The notes beneath the pieces are model-generated. The model did no database searches, was not told where the DNA came from, and worked only from the letters and a program-made list of their open reading frames with translations. Below are positions 33,669 through 42,823 of a DNA stretch of 64,000 nucleotides, in pieces. This DNA comes from Thermoflexia bacterium (GTDB lineage Bacteria; Chloroflexota; Anaerolineae; B4-G1; SLSP01). The translations under genes and the position numbers were made by a program. Position 1 is the stretch's first letter; each line of letters starts with the position of its first letter. The stretch spans positions 26 to 64,025 of the forward strand of contig DUEJ01000002.1 in assembly GCA_011192175.1 (NCBI GenBank), given 5' to 3'.

Positions 33669-34775
33669 ATGAAACACAAAATTCTCTCAGTAGCTGGATT
33701 GGCGACAGTGCTGTTGACCATAGCTTTACTCGGCGCCGGGTGCGGACTCAATCCGCAGTTCACCTACCAGGGCCGCCTGACCGACGAAAATGGAATTCCT
33801 CTAAATGGCGACTACTCGTTTACCTTCAGGCTCTACAAGAGTGAAACGGGTGGCACAGCTTTTTATGAGGAGCCCAAGACGTTGACGGTGGAAGATGGGC
33901 TTTTCGATACCGAGGTGGGACCATCTAGTACTGTGTCCGGGTTGGGGGCGGAGGATCTTTCTCAGCCATTATGGCTGGAGGTAGAAGTTGATACCGAAAC
34001 CTTAACCCCTCGGCAGCGTCTATATGGCGCACCTTATGCCTTTACACTGATGCCCGGCGCTTACATTTCCACCACGATGAGTACAGTCATCCATGGGGCG
34101 AGTGGAGCAAAGGCTATCCTCAACGTGGTAAACTCGTATGACGGCAACGATGTGGGGGGGAGCGATCCGGCCTTGCCCGCGTTGCGAGTGGTCGGTGAGC
34201 AAGGAATAGAGATCGTCAACCCCATAGATTCAGGGGCTAGTATTCATAGTGATATGAGTAGTAGCTTTAGTGACCTATACCTGTACAGTCACGACGATAT
34301 CGAGCTTTTTTTAGACCACGATGCTAACAGTACTGGCTATTTTCGTATCCGCAATGGGGCAGGCCTCATTGTATGGTATGTTGATGAGAGTGGTAATCAC
34401 ACAGCATCAACCTTCCAATCTGAAGTCGACGCAGGAGATAAGAGAGTGAGTCTCTATGCCGTTCAGAGCACGGAAAACTGGTTCGAGGACTTCGGCGCGG
34501 CATCCTTGAAGAACGGCGAAGCCGTGGTGGAGATTGAACCGCTCTTTGCCCAGACGGTTAACTTAGGTGAGGATTACCGCGTATTCCTCACCCCGTTGGG
34601 AGATTGCCACGGTCTCTACGTGGCAGAAAAAACGGCTACCTCCTTCACGGTGCGGGAGCTGGGCGGCGGGACTGCGGGGGTTGATTTTGATTACCGCCTC
34701 GTCGCCAAGCGGTTGGGCTACGAGAAGGAACGACTGGAGCCAGTTTCTACTAACCTACAAACGGATGATGAGTGA
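33669..34775 (+). CDS. lipoprotein with tail-fibre-like N-terminal repeat region, unknown function
   Basis: Lipobox LLGAGC. YQGRLTDENGIPLNGDYSFTFRLYKSETGGTAFYEE...VEDGLFDTEVG resembles N-terminal repeats that I recall from proteins annotated as tail-fibre-domain proteins. AAGGAG RBS upstream. Confidence 0.65.
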   Translation: MKHKILSVAGLATVLLTIALLGAGCGLNPQFTYQGRLTDENGIPLNGDYSFTFRLYKSETGGTAFYEEPKTLTVEDGLFDTEVGPSSTVSGLGAEDLSQPLWLEVEVDTETLTPRQRLYGAPYAFTLMPGAYISTTMSTVIHGASGAKAILNVVNSYDGNDVGGSDPALPALRVVGEQGIEIVNPIDSGASIHSDMSSSFSDLYLYSHDDIELFLDHDANSTGYFRIRNGAGLIVWYVDESGNHTASTFQSEVDAGDKRVSLYAVQSTENWFEDFGAASLKNGEAVVEIEPLFAQTVNLGEDYRVFLTPLGDCHGLYVAEKTATSFTVRELGGGTAGVDFDYRLVAKRLGYEKERLEPVSTNLQTDDE

Positions 34776-34786
34776 GGAGGGCTGCC

Positions 34787-35131
34787 ATGAGAGGGCGCAA
34801 AAAAATTTGGGGGCTTACATTGGTGGGGCTGGTGGGACTCGCTCTCGTAGGGTTGCTGACCAGTCAAACGGTTGTAGCCCGGCGACCCGTGCTAGCCGCA
34901 TCCGGACCTTTTGGCACGGCGCAGAGGGGATCAGCTAATTTCGGTTTGGATTGGAATGTAGTTGGGACTGGCGGGGGCAAAATAGCCTCCGCTCACTTCC
35001 AGATCCGCTCAACGCTGGGGCAACCGACGACCGGTTGGATAGCTAGCTCGCACTTCAAAAACCATGCTGGCTATTGGCAGAATTACACCTACCGTATCTT
35101 CCTCCCGCTGGTGCTGAGGAATTACTCGTAA
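34787..35131 (+). CDS. small exported protein ending in FLPLVLR motif
   Basis: GAGGAGG lies 6 nt before ATG 34787. Signal/TM WGLTLVGLVGLALVGLL, repeated S-x-[NH]-F segments, C-terminus YRIFLPLVLRNYS. Confidence 0.6.
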   Translation: MRGRKKIWGLTLVGLVGLALVGLLTSQTVVARRPVLAASGPFGTAQRGSANFGLDWNVVGTGGGKIASAHFQIRSTLGQPTTGWIASSHFKNHAGYWQNYTYRIFLPLVLRNYS

Positions 35132-35151
35132 CCTGAGCGCGAGACCCTAGT

Positions 35152-35186
35152 AAACACCCCGGCTTCAACAAAGAGCCGGGGTGTTT
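35152..35186. terminator. bidirectional terminator between convergent genes
   Basis: aaacaccccggct / agccggggtgttt forms a 13-bp stem with a 9-nt loop. A/T tracts lie on both sides. Confidence 0.7.
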
Positions 35187-35203
35187 GTAGTTGCGTCAGC
35201 GGA

Positions 35204-35860
35204 TTATTTCCCCGCTACTTTCTCCCAATCCGCCAGAAATTTCGCCAAGCCAACATCCGTAAAAGGACTGGAGATCATCTTTTGGAGCACGCCGTAGGGC
35301 ATGGTGAGAATATCTGCGCCGGCCAGCAATGATTGGGTGACGTGATAAGTGCTACGAATGCTGGCCGCCAACACTTTGCAGGTCAGCCCGTAGTTATCAA
35401 AGATCTGACGGGTTTCCTGGAGCACTTGGATGCCGTCCAAGCCGGCGTCATCCAGCCGCCCCATGAAGATGGAGGCGTAACTCGCGCCGGCCCGCGCGAC
35501 CAGATAGGCTTGGTTCGCCGAGAAGATCAACGTCGCGTTGATGCGTCCGTTGGGCCACGCGGAAATCTCGCGCATCGCCTTGAGACCCTCCGCGATGGCG
35601 GGGATCTTGACGTAAACATGCTCCGACCAGGAGAGAATCTCCCGCGCCTCCGCGACCATCCCGGCGGCGTCAGTGCTGATCACCTCCGCGCTCACGGAAC
35701 CTTGCACGATCTCCACGATCTTGAGCGTCTGCTCCTTGCGGTTGGCCGTCCCCGCGCGAAACATCAACGTGGGATTGGTCGTCACCCCATCCAAGATGCC
35801 CCAGGCGGCCGCTGCTTTTATCTCTGCTATCTTAGCTGTATCAATAAAAATCTCTGCCAT
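35204..35860 (-). CDS. short-type transaldolase / fructose-6-phosphate aldolase
   Basis: 218 aa: IFIDTAKIAEIK..GILDGVTTNPTL, and VYVKIPA carrying the Schiff-base Lys. Confidence 0.9.
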   Translation of the reverse strand: MAEIFIDTAKIAEIKAAAAWGILDGVTTNPTLMFRAGTANRKEQTLKIVEIVQGSVSAEVISTDAAGMVAEAREILSWSEHVYVKIPAIAEGLKAMREISAWPNGRINATLIFSANQAYLVARAGASYASIFMGRLDDAGLDGIQVLQETRQIFDNYGLTCKVLAASIRSTYHVTQSLLAGADILTMPYGVLQKMISSPFTDVGLAKFLADWEKVAGK

Positions 35861-35972
35861 GTTATCCTCCTATTGTTTAATGATAAACGTACTTCACCAC
35901 GAAAATACATTTGCTCTGAAAGCTAAGTTAAAAATTCCTGCGCTCTCCGCGCCTCCGGGGTGAAATTTTTGG

Positions 35973-37505
35973 TTACAGCGTCAAAACCCGCGTGCGATAT
36001 TGCAGTGCCTCCGCCAGATGCTGGGTCTGGATATCCGGGGCACCCTCCAGATCGGCGATGGTGCGCGAAACTTTGAGGATGCGATGATAGCCCCGCGCGC
36101 TTAACTGCATCTGGCTCATGGCCGCCCGAATTAGCGCCTGTGAATCCGGTTTGAGAGGGCAGTATTTTCGCAACTCCCCCGGCCCCATGTCGGCGTTGCA
36201 GGCCATCCCCACCTCGGAGAGCCGTTCCTGTTGCCGACTCCTGGCCCCCTCCACGCGGGCGCGGATGGACTCCGAGCTCTCGCCGCGCGCGTCATTGGTG
36301 ATCTTATCATAGGGCACGCGGGGCACCTCGATGTGCAGGTCAATGCGATCCAGCAGCGGGCCGGAGATGCGTTTGCGGTAACGTTGAATGTTCCCCATAG
36401 AGCAGGTACATTCGCGTTGGGAATCGCCGTAGTAACCACACGGGCAGGGATTCATGGCCGCGATCAGGGTGAAGCTGGCCGGGAAGGTGAGACTGCCTTG
36501 CGCGCGGCTGATGGTGACGACTTTATCTTCCAACGGTTGGCGCATCACTTCCAGTACCCGGTGGGCGAATTCCGGCAGCTCATCCAAGAAGAGCACGCCC
36601 CGGTGGGCCAGGCTGATTTCGCCTGGACGCGGCCAATGTCCACCGCCCACCAAACCCGCGTGGCTGATGGTGTGGTGCGGGGCGCGGAAGGGTCGCAACT
36701 GGATCAGGGGCATATCGGCGGGCAATTTGTTGGAGATGCTGTAGATGCGCGTAACTTCCAACGCCTCTTCCAGCGAGAGGCTGGACATGATGCCCGGCAG
36801 CGCGCGAGCCATCAACGTTTTGCCGGCGCCGGGCGGCCCCATCATCAATAAATTGTGTCCGCCGGCGGCAGCGACTTCTAAGGCACGCTTGGCGTGCTCC
36901 TGTCCCTTGATCTCGGCGAAATCGACGACCGGCGGAGGTGGCTGCGCCGGCAATTCCGCGTGGGAGAGGAGCGGCTCAATGTGCTGGAAACCTTGCAGGT
37001 GCCCAATCAATTCGGCCAACGACGCAACGGGGTAGACCTCCGGACCGGGGATGAGAGCCGCTTCGCGCGCATCCACAGCGGGCACGTAGAGCGTCTCGAT
37101 CTCCCGCTGGCGCGCCATATCTGCGATGGGCAGCGTGCCGCGCACATGACGGAGCGAGCCATCCAGGGAGAGCTCGCCGATGACGACCGCGCCATCCAGC
37201 GCGGCTGGCGGCAACTGTCCGCTCGCCGCCAGCACACCTAGCGCGATGGGTAGATCGTAAGACGGGCCTTCTTTGCGTAAATCGGCCGGCGCCAGATTGA
37301 CCGTGACTCTCTTATTGCCGGGGAAGGCGAAGCCGCTGTTCCGAATGGCTGCCCGCACCCGCTCGCCGCTCTCGCGGACGGCGGCGTTGGGCAAGCCCAC
37401 GATGGTCATGATGCCGGCCTGCCCGCTCCGCCGGATATCCACCTCCACCTCGATAGGTTGCGAGTCCAATCCCAACACGGCCGCGCTCCTAATTTTCGCC
37501 AGCAT
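35973..37505 (-). CDS. comM: YifB/ComM-family Mg-chelatase-like AAA+ protein
   Basis: 510 aa: LLMMGPPGAGKT, VLFLDELPEF, and Lon-like N-terminal domain features. Confidence 0.9.
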   Translation of the reverse strand: MLAKIRSAAVLGLDSQPIEVEVDIRRSGQAGIMTIVGLPNAAVRESGERVRAAIRNSGFAFPGNKRVTVNLAPADLRKEGPSYDLPIALGVLAASGQLPPAALDGAVVIGELSLDGSLRHVRGTLPIADMARQREIETLYVPAVDAREAALIPGPEVYPVASLAELIGHLQGFQHIEPLLSHAELPAQPPPPVVDFAEIKGQEHAKRALEVAAAGGHNLLMMGPPGAGKTLMARALPGIMSSLSLEEALEVTRIYSISNKLPADMPLIQLRPFRAPHHTISHAGLVGGGHWPRPGEISLAHRGVLFLDELPEFAHRVLEVMRQPLEDKVVTISRAQGSLTFPASFTLIAAMNPCPCGYYGDSQRECTCSMGNIQRYRKRISGPLLDRIDLHIEVPRVPYDKITNDARGESSESIRARVEGARSRQQERLSEVGMACNADMGPGELRKYCPLKPDSQALIRAAMSQMQLSARGYHRILKVSRTIADLEGAPDIQTQHLAEALQYRTRVLTL

Positions 37506-37518
37506 ATTTCTCCTTGAC

Positions 37519-38529
37519 CTACAACTTTGGACTTAAGAGGACTTGCACCTCACGTAAGCGAACGGCGATCTTCCCCAAGTCGGCAGCCGATTTTACGTTG
37601 CCCTGCCCGGCGCGACGCCAGCTAAAAGCGGCTTCTGTGATCAGCTGAAAATAACGCCGTAGCTGATACCATCGTTGGAAATCCCCGTTGAGGAGTGCTT
37701 GCCAGCGGACCTTTTCGCGCTGCCGGGGCGAGATCAGGGTCGCCAGTTCCCCGGCGGGAATACGGTACGCGGCGGCCTGGCTGTTAAGGAAAGCGACCAG
37801 TCGCGCTTGCTCCAACCACCGCGCCCAGATGGCGACCAATAAGAGCAGCAAGACCCCGCTCCAATCGCTGATGATGGCGACGAAGAGAGAAGTCCCGTCT
37901 TCCAGATGGCTCCAGAAGGTAGCCAGGGTATTATGATAAGCGTGGGCAAAGACAGCCAGACTCAAGCCGAGAGGAGGCAAAAGCCATTTGAACCACCGCT
38001 GCCGGTATTCTAAGGCCAGAGCGACGCCCAGCCCCGTGAAACCAGTGTACATGGCGTGATTAAGGCCAAAGACGCCGGCCCGGAGGAACGCCAGCCAGAA
38101 CGTGCTTACCAATCCGCCATCGCCATAAGCGGTGATGAAATAGAGTAGATTTTCCACTGCCGCGAAGCCGAAACCGGCCATGCCGCCGTAGAGCACGCCG
38201 TCAATGGGGCTATCAATCTCGCGGGGGAAGAAGATGAGTAATCCCAGCACAGCTACGGCTTTTAGGCTCTCCTCAACTAAGGGCGCGGTCACTGCGCCGC
38301 CCAGCAGATTGTAAATCAGCGTGTGGTTGCTAGCAAAGGCCGTGGCCGGGATATCGAAAAGTAACTCCAGGATTACTGAGAGAATAATCGCCGGGAGCGC
38401 GCCCCAGAAAAAGGAGAAGGCCAAAAGCAGCCACGGCTCCTTCTCGTAGCGGTCCAGCCACCAGAGAAAGAAGGCGTAGAGCAACATCGGTGCGAAACTC
38501 AAGAAAAGAATGATCAGGATTGTGAGCAT
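37519..38529 (-). CDS. PrsW-family intramembrane protease
   Basis: VEESLKA, FAAVENLLY, HAMYTG and HAYHN motifs across multiple TM helices. ATG 38529 is preceded by AAGGAG. Confidence 0.8.
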   Translation of the reverse strand: MLTILIILFLSFAPMLLYAFFLWWLDRYEKEPWLLLAFSFFWGALPAIILSVILELLFDIPATAFASNHTLIYNLLGGAVTAPLVEESLKAVAVLGLLIFFPREIDSPIDGVLYGGMAGFGFAAVENLLYFITAYGDGGLVSTFWLAFLRAGVFGLNHAMYTGFTGLGVALALEYRQRWFKWLLPPLGLSLAVFAHAYHNTLATFWSHLEDGTSLFVAIISDWSGVLLLLLVAIWARWLEQARLVAFLNSQAAAYRIPAGELATLISPRQREKVRWQALLNGDFQRWYQLRRYFQLITEAAFSWRRAGQGNVKSAADLGKIAVRLREVQVLLSPKL

Positions 38530-38622
38530 GGTACTCCTTTGTAGGAAGAAGGTATCCACGGATTACGCAGATTTTGTTACTACTCACCACTCTCCAAATA
38601 GCTTGTTGGAATAGTTTTTTTA

Positions 38623-38692
38623 GGACGCAGATGAACATTGATAAACGCTGATTTTATATTTTATCTGCGAAAATCTGCGCGCATCTGCGTCC
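38623..38692. repeat. hairpin-type dispersed element, copy B (copy A at 17224-17289)
   Basis: Has the same termini ggacgcagatg / catctgcgtcc and the same internal gctgat / atctgcg words as copy A. Confidence 0.8.
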
Positions 38693-38702
38693 GCTCTGGA
38701 GT

Positions 38703-39932
38703 TCAGACTTTAGATTTCTTCACCACCGCCGCTAACCTGGCCGCCGCCAGACCCGCCGCGCCCAAGAACGCCAGCCCTTGTCCCAAGGTCTTCCGCTCCA
38801 CGCTGGGCAAGACCGCGCCTTCCAAGCCCGCGTCGGCGCCATACTCCGCGAAGAGCTGCCCCCACGGCGTCTCCAACGCTGCCTCGACGCGCTGGCGGCC
38901 CACCACCGGATACCAGTAGACGTTGTGGTAGAAGTTGCTGGCAAAATACGACCAGGGTACTAGCGGGCTACGCAGGAGCAGATTCTCAAACGGCTTGAGC
39001 GCGCCATGATAGATCAGCTTCTGTCCCTGGCTGGCGAACGTATCCTCCTGCTCAAAGTTCCAGCGCTCCTCGGCGGCGTCCACGTCGCCCACAAACTCAA
39101 TCTCCTTTGGATTGCCGACACCCAATCCCAGCTCATGCGCGATGCGGATAAAGGGTAACTCCAGCGCGTCAAAACCCTGGAGCGTGGCCGAAGCCGCGTC
39201 AATCGCCACCTGATCCGCCGAAGCCAGCAACACGTTCTTCTCATGCCAGTGCATCGCGCGCGGGCCAGGCCCGTCGCCCGCGAAAGTCCCATCCATGACC
39301 GCGAGCAACCCTGGATGAATTTCCTGCTGGATCTGTAAGAGATCCACCACCGTCTCATTGATCACGCTATGCGTCCAATGCCGCTTGCGTCCCAACAACC
39401 CACCAAAAGCGTTCTTCATCGCGCCCGTGATCGTCGTGAAGACGTGCGTCTTGATCGTGGGCAGCTGAATGATATTATTGCCGATCAAAATCTCCGGGAT
39501 GTAGACCCCCTCTGGATAAACATCATCCAATACCAAAAAAGGCGTTTGCGGTTCATACCGCACCCACTGCGCCTCCGGCTTGTAGATGTAAGTGCAAGGC
39601 ACGCCGTACTTATCCGTCACGTACCGCTGCTTGTTATTGCGCTCCCCATCCCCCGTATCCACTACTACCGTGTCGTTATGTACACCCAAGAGCTCATAAC
39701 CCGCTTGCTGCAACGGGCGGATTACCCCCTCCAATTGCCAGGGCGTCGTGGAACAGGCCGGGTACCACGTCTGCCAGGAGATATTGATCTTGAGCAACGT
39801 CCGGTGCTCTGGGGGCAACACCTGCTGATACTCCGCCAACTCTAACAACCGCGCGTAATCATCCACCACCGTCTTGGGAGTGGTGCGCACAATCGCCACC
39901 TTGCCGCGTCCGTGAAAATCCTTTTTAACCAT
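38703..39932 (-). CDS. DUF362-domain protein with C-terminal membrane anchor
   Basis: LLKINISWQ..., TIKTHVFTTITGAMKNAFGGL, MDGTFAGDGPGP. The C-terminal segment GLAFLGAAGLAAARLAAVV is hydrophobic. Confidence 0.7.
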   Translation of the reverse strand: MVKKDFHGRGKVAIVRTTPKTVVDDYARLLELAEYQQVLPPEHRTLLKINISWQTWYPACSTTPWQLEGVIRPLQQAGYELLGVHNDTVVVDTGDGERNNKQRYVTDKYGVPCTYIYKPEAQWVRYEPQTPFLVLDDVYPEGVYIPEILIGNNIIQLPTIKTHVFTTITGAMKNAFGGLLGRKRHWTHSVINETVVDLLQIQQEIHPGLLAVMDGTFAGDGPGPRAMHWHEKNVLLASADQVAIDAASATLQGFDALELPFIRIAHELGLGVGNPKEIEFVGDVDAAEERWNFEQEDTFASQGQKLIYHGALKPFENLLLRSPLVPWSYFASNFYHNVYWYPVVGRQRVEAALETPWGQLFAEYGADAGLEGAVLPSVERKTLGQGLAFLGAAGLAAARLAAVVKKSKV

Positions 39933-40081
39933 AGTAGACCTCTCTTATGAAATTTTTATTTTGGAAAAAAAACAACTGCTCTTTTAACCAACCCTTTCCC
40001 CACTTTTGACGTAACTCACACCACCACTTGGAGCTACAAGAGAAACTATCTCGCTGCCCGCGTTTGTTTTCTATGCTAACG

Positions 40082-40276
40082 TCAACCTGCTGCTCCGCAC
40101 CAACTTCCGTTCACCGGGTCATTTTGATGTTGCGGCCAATCAGAGACATTCGGGGTAATACTTTTCTGTAAATACGCGCGAGCTGTGATGACAAGTAGCC
40201 CGGCTAGCAGACATCCGCATAAGGCGACTAAAATGGATTTAATGAGTTTGTTGCGCATTGTATTCTCCGCACTCAA
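40082..40276 (-). CDS. small membrane-anchored protein, unknown function
   Basis: 64 aa with one TM (ILVALCGCLLAGLLVITA). 4-nt overlap with the upstream gene. Lower-GC stretch. Confidence 0.4.
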   Translation of the reverse strand: MSAENTMRNKLIKSILVALCGCLLAGLLVITARAYLQKSITPNVSDWPQHQNDPVNGSWCGAAG

Positions 40277-41034
40277 CCAATGGGATGAACTTCGTCAGCC
40301 CGATATATTTTTGTCTTATTCATGATATGAATCACATAAAACGTAATCCCTTCTTCAGTCTCTACTTCCCAAAAAGGACTGGTTTCATCGCCACTCTCTC
40401 TAAGCCATCTAAAAACCAACCGGGGTTCCCCTTTTATTTTGAAGCCTTCCGCTTCAATCAGTTTTTGGGCTTCTGCACTATCCACTACTGGGAATTTATC
40501 ATACGTAGCGTTGGACCACATTCCCAGTATCCCCGCGCCGTCTACTACTCCAACCACCGCTATACCGGAAACCTGCTGGTTCTTGTAAAATGGCACCAGG
40601 TAATAATCATTTTTTTTGGGATCTAACGATATTACAAAAACCGGCTCGCCAGGTATGGCATCTTTAATACGTGGGCCAAATGCAGAATCATCCAAAGACC
40701 TTTTAAATAACGGGTCATTAAGGACTGCGCTGATTACATCCTGACTGGATTGGATGGGCGTAAGCGGTCGGGGCGTCGCTTCCGATTTATGTTGTGAACC
40801 CAACGCAGCTACCGTCGCTTTGGCCGCCATGGGGGCTAGCGTGAGCGTGGCTAGCGGCGAGGTATCCCGGGCCGCGAGCGGCGTTGCGGTACCTGGTCTG
40901 ATTGGGGATAGCAACGGCAGCTCGGTTTCAGATTCCTCTTTCATAGTTTGGCAGGTCAGTAGCACTGTCCCCATCATCCCCGCCAACAAAAACAAAGTGA
41001 AACTGCGCCTAAGCACCGGTGACACTTTTTTCAT
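40273..41034 (-). CDS. lipoprotein of unknown function
   Basis: Signal with LLTC lipobox, a Pro/Thr/Ala-rich linker, and a C-terminal globular part. I recognised no motif. Confidence 0.55.
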   Translation of the reverse strand: MKKVSPVLRRSFTLFLLAGMMGTVLLTCQTMKEESETELPLLSPIRPGTATPLAARDTSPLATLTLAPMAAKATVAALGSQHKSEATPRPLTPIQSSQDVISAVLNDPLFKRSLDDSAFGPRIKDAIPGEPVFVISLDPKKNDYYLVPFYKNQQVSGIAVVGVVDGAGILGMWSNATYDKFPVVDSAEAQKLIEAEGFKIKGEPRLVFRWLRESGDETSPFWEVETEEGITFYVIHIMNKTKIYRADEVHPIG

Positions 41035-41167
41035 GGATTATTCTCCCCAAGAAATATCCTATTTCAGCAAACACGCTACGTCACCATCCGCCGCCCAAAT
41101 TATTTTCCCCATCAACGCCAAACCGCTGTACCGCTGAGACGCTACAACGCTGTCCCGCTCCCCTCCC

Positions 41168-41719
41168 TCATTCTGCCAATAGCTGCGCCAGCTCACTGAC
41201 CCCGTAGTAGCCGGCCCAAGCGATCCCCACCGCCTTGAGCGTCTTCCCTAGCCACGTAGCCAGGAGAAAGCGCGGCAAGGGAAATCCAGCGAGTCCGCCG
41301 ATAATGCTGGCCAGATCAAAAAACGGATTGGGGATCAATGCCAGCACAAAGAGGGTGAGATCACCGTAGTTGGTCATCCACCGCTCAAAGCGCGCGTAGA
41401 GCTTACCGCGCTCCAACACGTCATCCAGCGCGTAACCGGCCAGATAACCCGTCAGCTCTCCCCCCGTATCCCCTAAGCCGGCGGCCAGCCCCACGCACCA
41501 GGGATTGAAGACCGCGCCCAGCGCGAAGATGAGCGCCAGATGTGGGACGGGGAAAATTATGGTGGCGCTTCCTACCAGCGCGACGAGGAAAATTCCCGGA
41601 TACCCCCATGCCGCGAACTGCGCCACCTGCTCCCGATTGACCACAATGAATACCGTGATCCCGGCTACCAGAAGCAGCGCCGCCACGCGCAGATAAACCC
41701 CTCGACCCTGCTTAGACAT
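41168..41719 (-). CDS. TVP38/TMEM64 (DedA-related, VTT-domain) membrane protein
   Basis: LIPNPFFDLASIIGGLAGFPLPRFLLATWLGKTLK pattern and 5-6 TM helices. Confidence 0.75.
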   Translation of the reverse strand: MSKQGRGVYLRVAALLLVAGITVFIVVNREQVAQFAAWGYPGIFLVALVGSATIIFPVPHLALIFALGAVFNPWCVGLAAGLGDTGGELTGYLAGYALDDVLERGKLYARFERWMTNYGDLTLFVLALIPNPFFDLASIIGGLAGFPLPRFLLATWLGKTLKAVGIAWAGYYGVSELAQLLAE

Positions 41720-42710
41720 GTGTCCCTCGTAACTGCTGCGCCAATAACTCCAGCTTACCCTCCACCTCGTACCAGCTGATCTGCGAGAGTCCTAACTTGC
41801 GGCGCAGCTCCTCGGATTCCAGGCCCTCCAGTTTATCGCGGACCGCACACGTCCAGCGGAGCATCTCGAAGGAGAGCCGAGGAATCGCGGCGCGTTTAGC
41901 CACCTTTGCCAACACGTACTCCAAATTGCGCGCCGTCCACGGGAAGAGCAGTTGCTGTGGTGCATATTCCTGTTGGTACGTTGCCAACACGTTCGGCCAT
42001 CTCACCGGGAGCGCGATACGGCGCTCTTTGTGCCGCCGGTTGGCTTGCTGGTAACGTATCCAGAGCGCGGGATGCTCGCGGTCAGTCAAGTCGATGTGGT
42101 TGAGAGCAATACGCACACATTCACCTTTCTTGATGCCGGTATGGAGCAGCAACGTCACCAACAGATGCGGGCGTGAATCCGGGTCGTGCTCCTCATCACC
42201 CTGCCGTAGAGCCTGCGTCGCGGCCAACACCGCTTGGAGCTGCTCATCAGCTAAAACAGCGGGGAGCGGCGCGGAGACAGTATGATGAATCAACGGCGCG
42301 GAAGGATCGCGGGCGAAGAGCTCCTCCTCCGTCAACCAACCGAAGAAAACCTTGAGCGTGGTAATCCGGCGTTCCAATGTCTTGGGGCTGCAAGGCACCT
42401 CCCGCAGATATTCCATCCAGGTCAGGAAGGCTTTTAGATTCGCGGTGCTGATTTTACTCAGAGCTTCGCCCGCACCTAAATACTCGATCAGCAGTTCCAT
42501 ATCCAAGCGGAAGGCTTGCTGCGTATTCTCGGTAAAACCGCGCCTTTTCATATACTTCTCAAACGCATCCAGCGCGGTAGTCAGCGAAGATTGCGCCGTG
42601 AGATTTACTTTGCCGGATGAGGATGGTTGCTCCGCTAACATCCCTGCAATTTCAGCAAGCGGCAATTGCGTTGGGGATACTTCTGGGGTTGATTTTTCCA
42701 TAGTGTTCAT
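41712..42710 (-). CDS. tyrosine-recombinase (XerC/D-like) family protein with non-canonical catalytic positions
   Basis: SAM-like N-domain (AFEKYMKRRGFTENTQQAF) and core LLHTGIKKGE. EMLRW replaces HxLRH, LGLS replaces LGH, and a candidate Tyr sits in SWYEV. Confidence 0.65.
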   Translation of the reverse strand: MNTMEKSTPEVSPTQLPLAEIAGMLAEQPSSSGKVNLTAQSSLTTALDAFEKYMKRRGFTENTQQAFRLDMELLIEYLGAGEALSKISTANLKAFLTWMEYLREVPCSPKTLERRITTLKVFFGWLTEEELFARDPSAPLIHHTVSAPLPAVLADEQLQAVLAATQALRQGDEEHDPDSRPHLLVTLLLHTGIKKGECVRIALNHIDLTDREHPALWIRYQQANRRHKERRIALPVRWPNVLATYQQEYAPQQLLFPWTARNLEYVLAKVAKRAAIPRLSFEMLRWTCAVRDKLEGLESEELRRKLGLSQISWYEVEGKLELLAQQLRGTHV

Positions 42711-42823
42711 ATTATATGCGCCCGCAAAAGGGGAGCAAGGAAATTAGTTAAGTAGGCGGGTGGTCTGGTAGTCAGTGGGTTGTGAATTGATTTTTCTTAG
42801 TGCCTTGGCGGCTTAGCGGAGAG

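Noticed and set aside
35333-36851. Long antisense ORFs 35333-35926(+), 36231-36851(+); likewise 46085-46705(+), 57716-58294(+) and 60799-61662(-)
   Set aside because: Each is fully antisense to a gene with strong family motifs (transaldolase, ComM, GT2, TsaC, YVTN protein). Each has an Arg/Gly/His-rich composition and lacks an RBS.
40082-42710. Prophage or integrative element around the tyrosine recombinase
   Set aside because: I recognised no phage structural, replication or excision genes, no flanking tRNA and no att-like repeats. The recombinase is translationally overlapped with a housekeeping-type membrane-protein gene.
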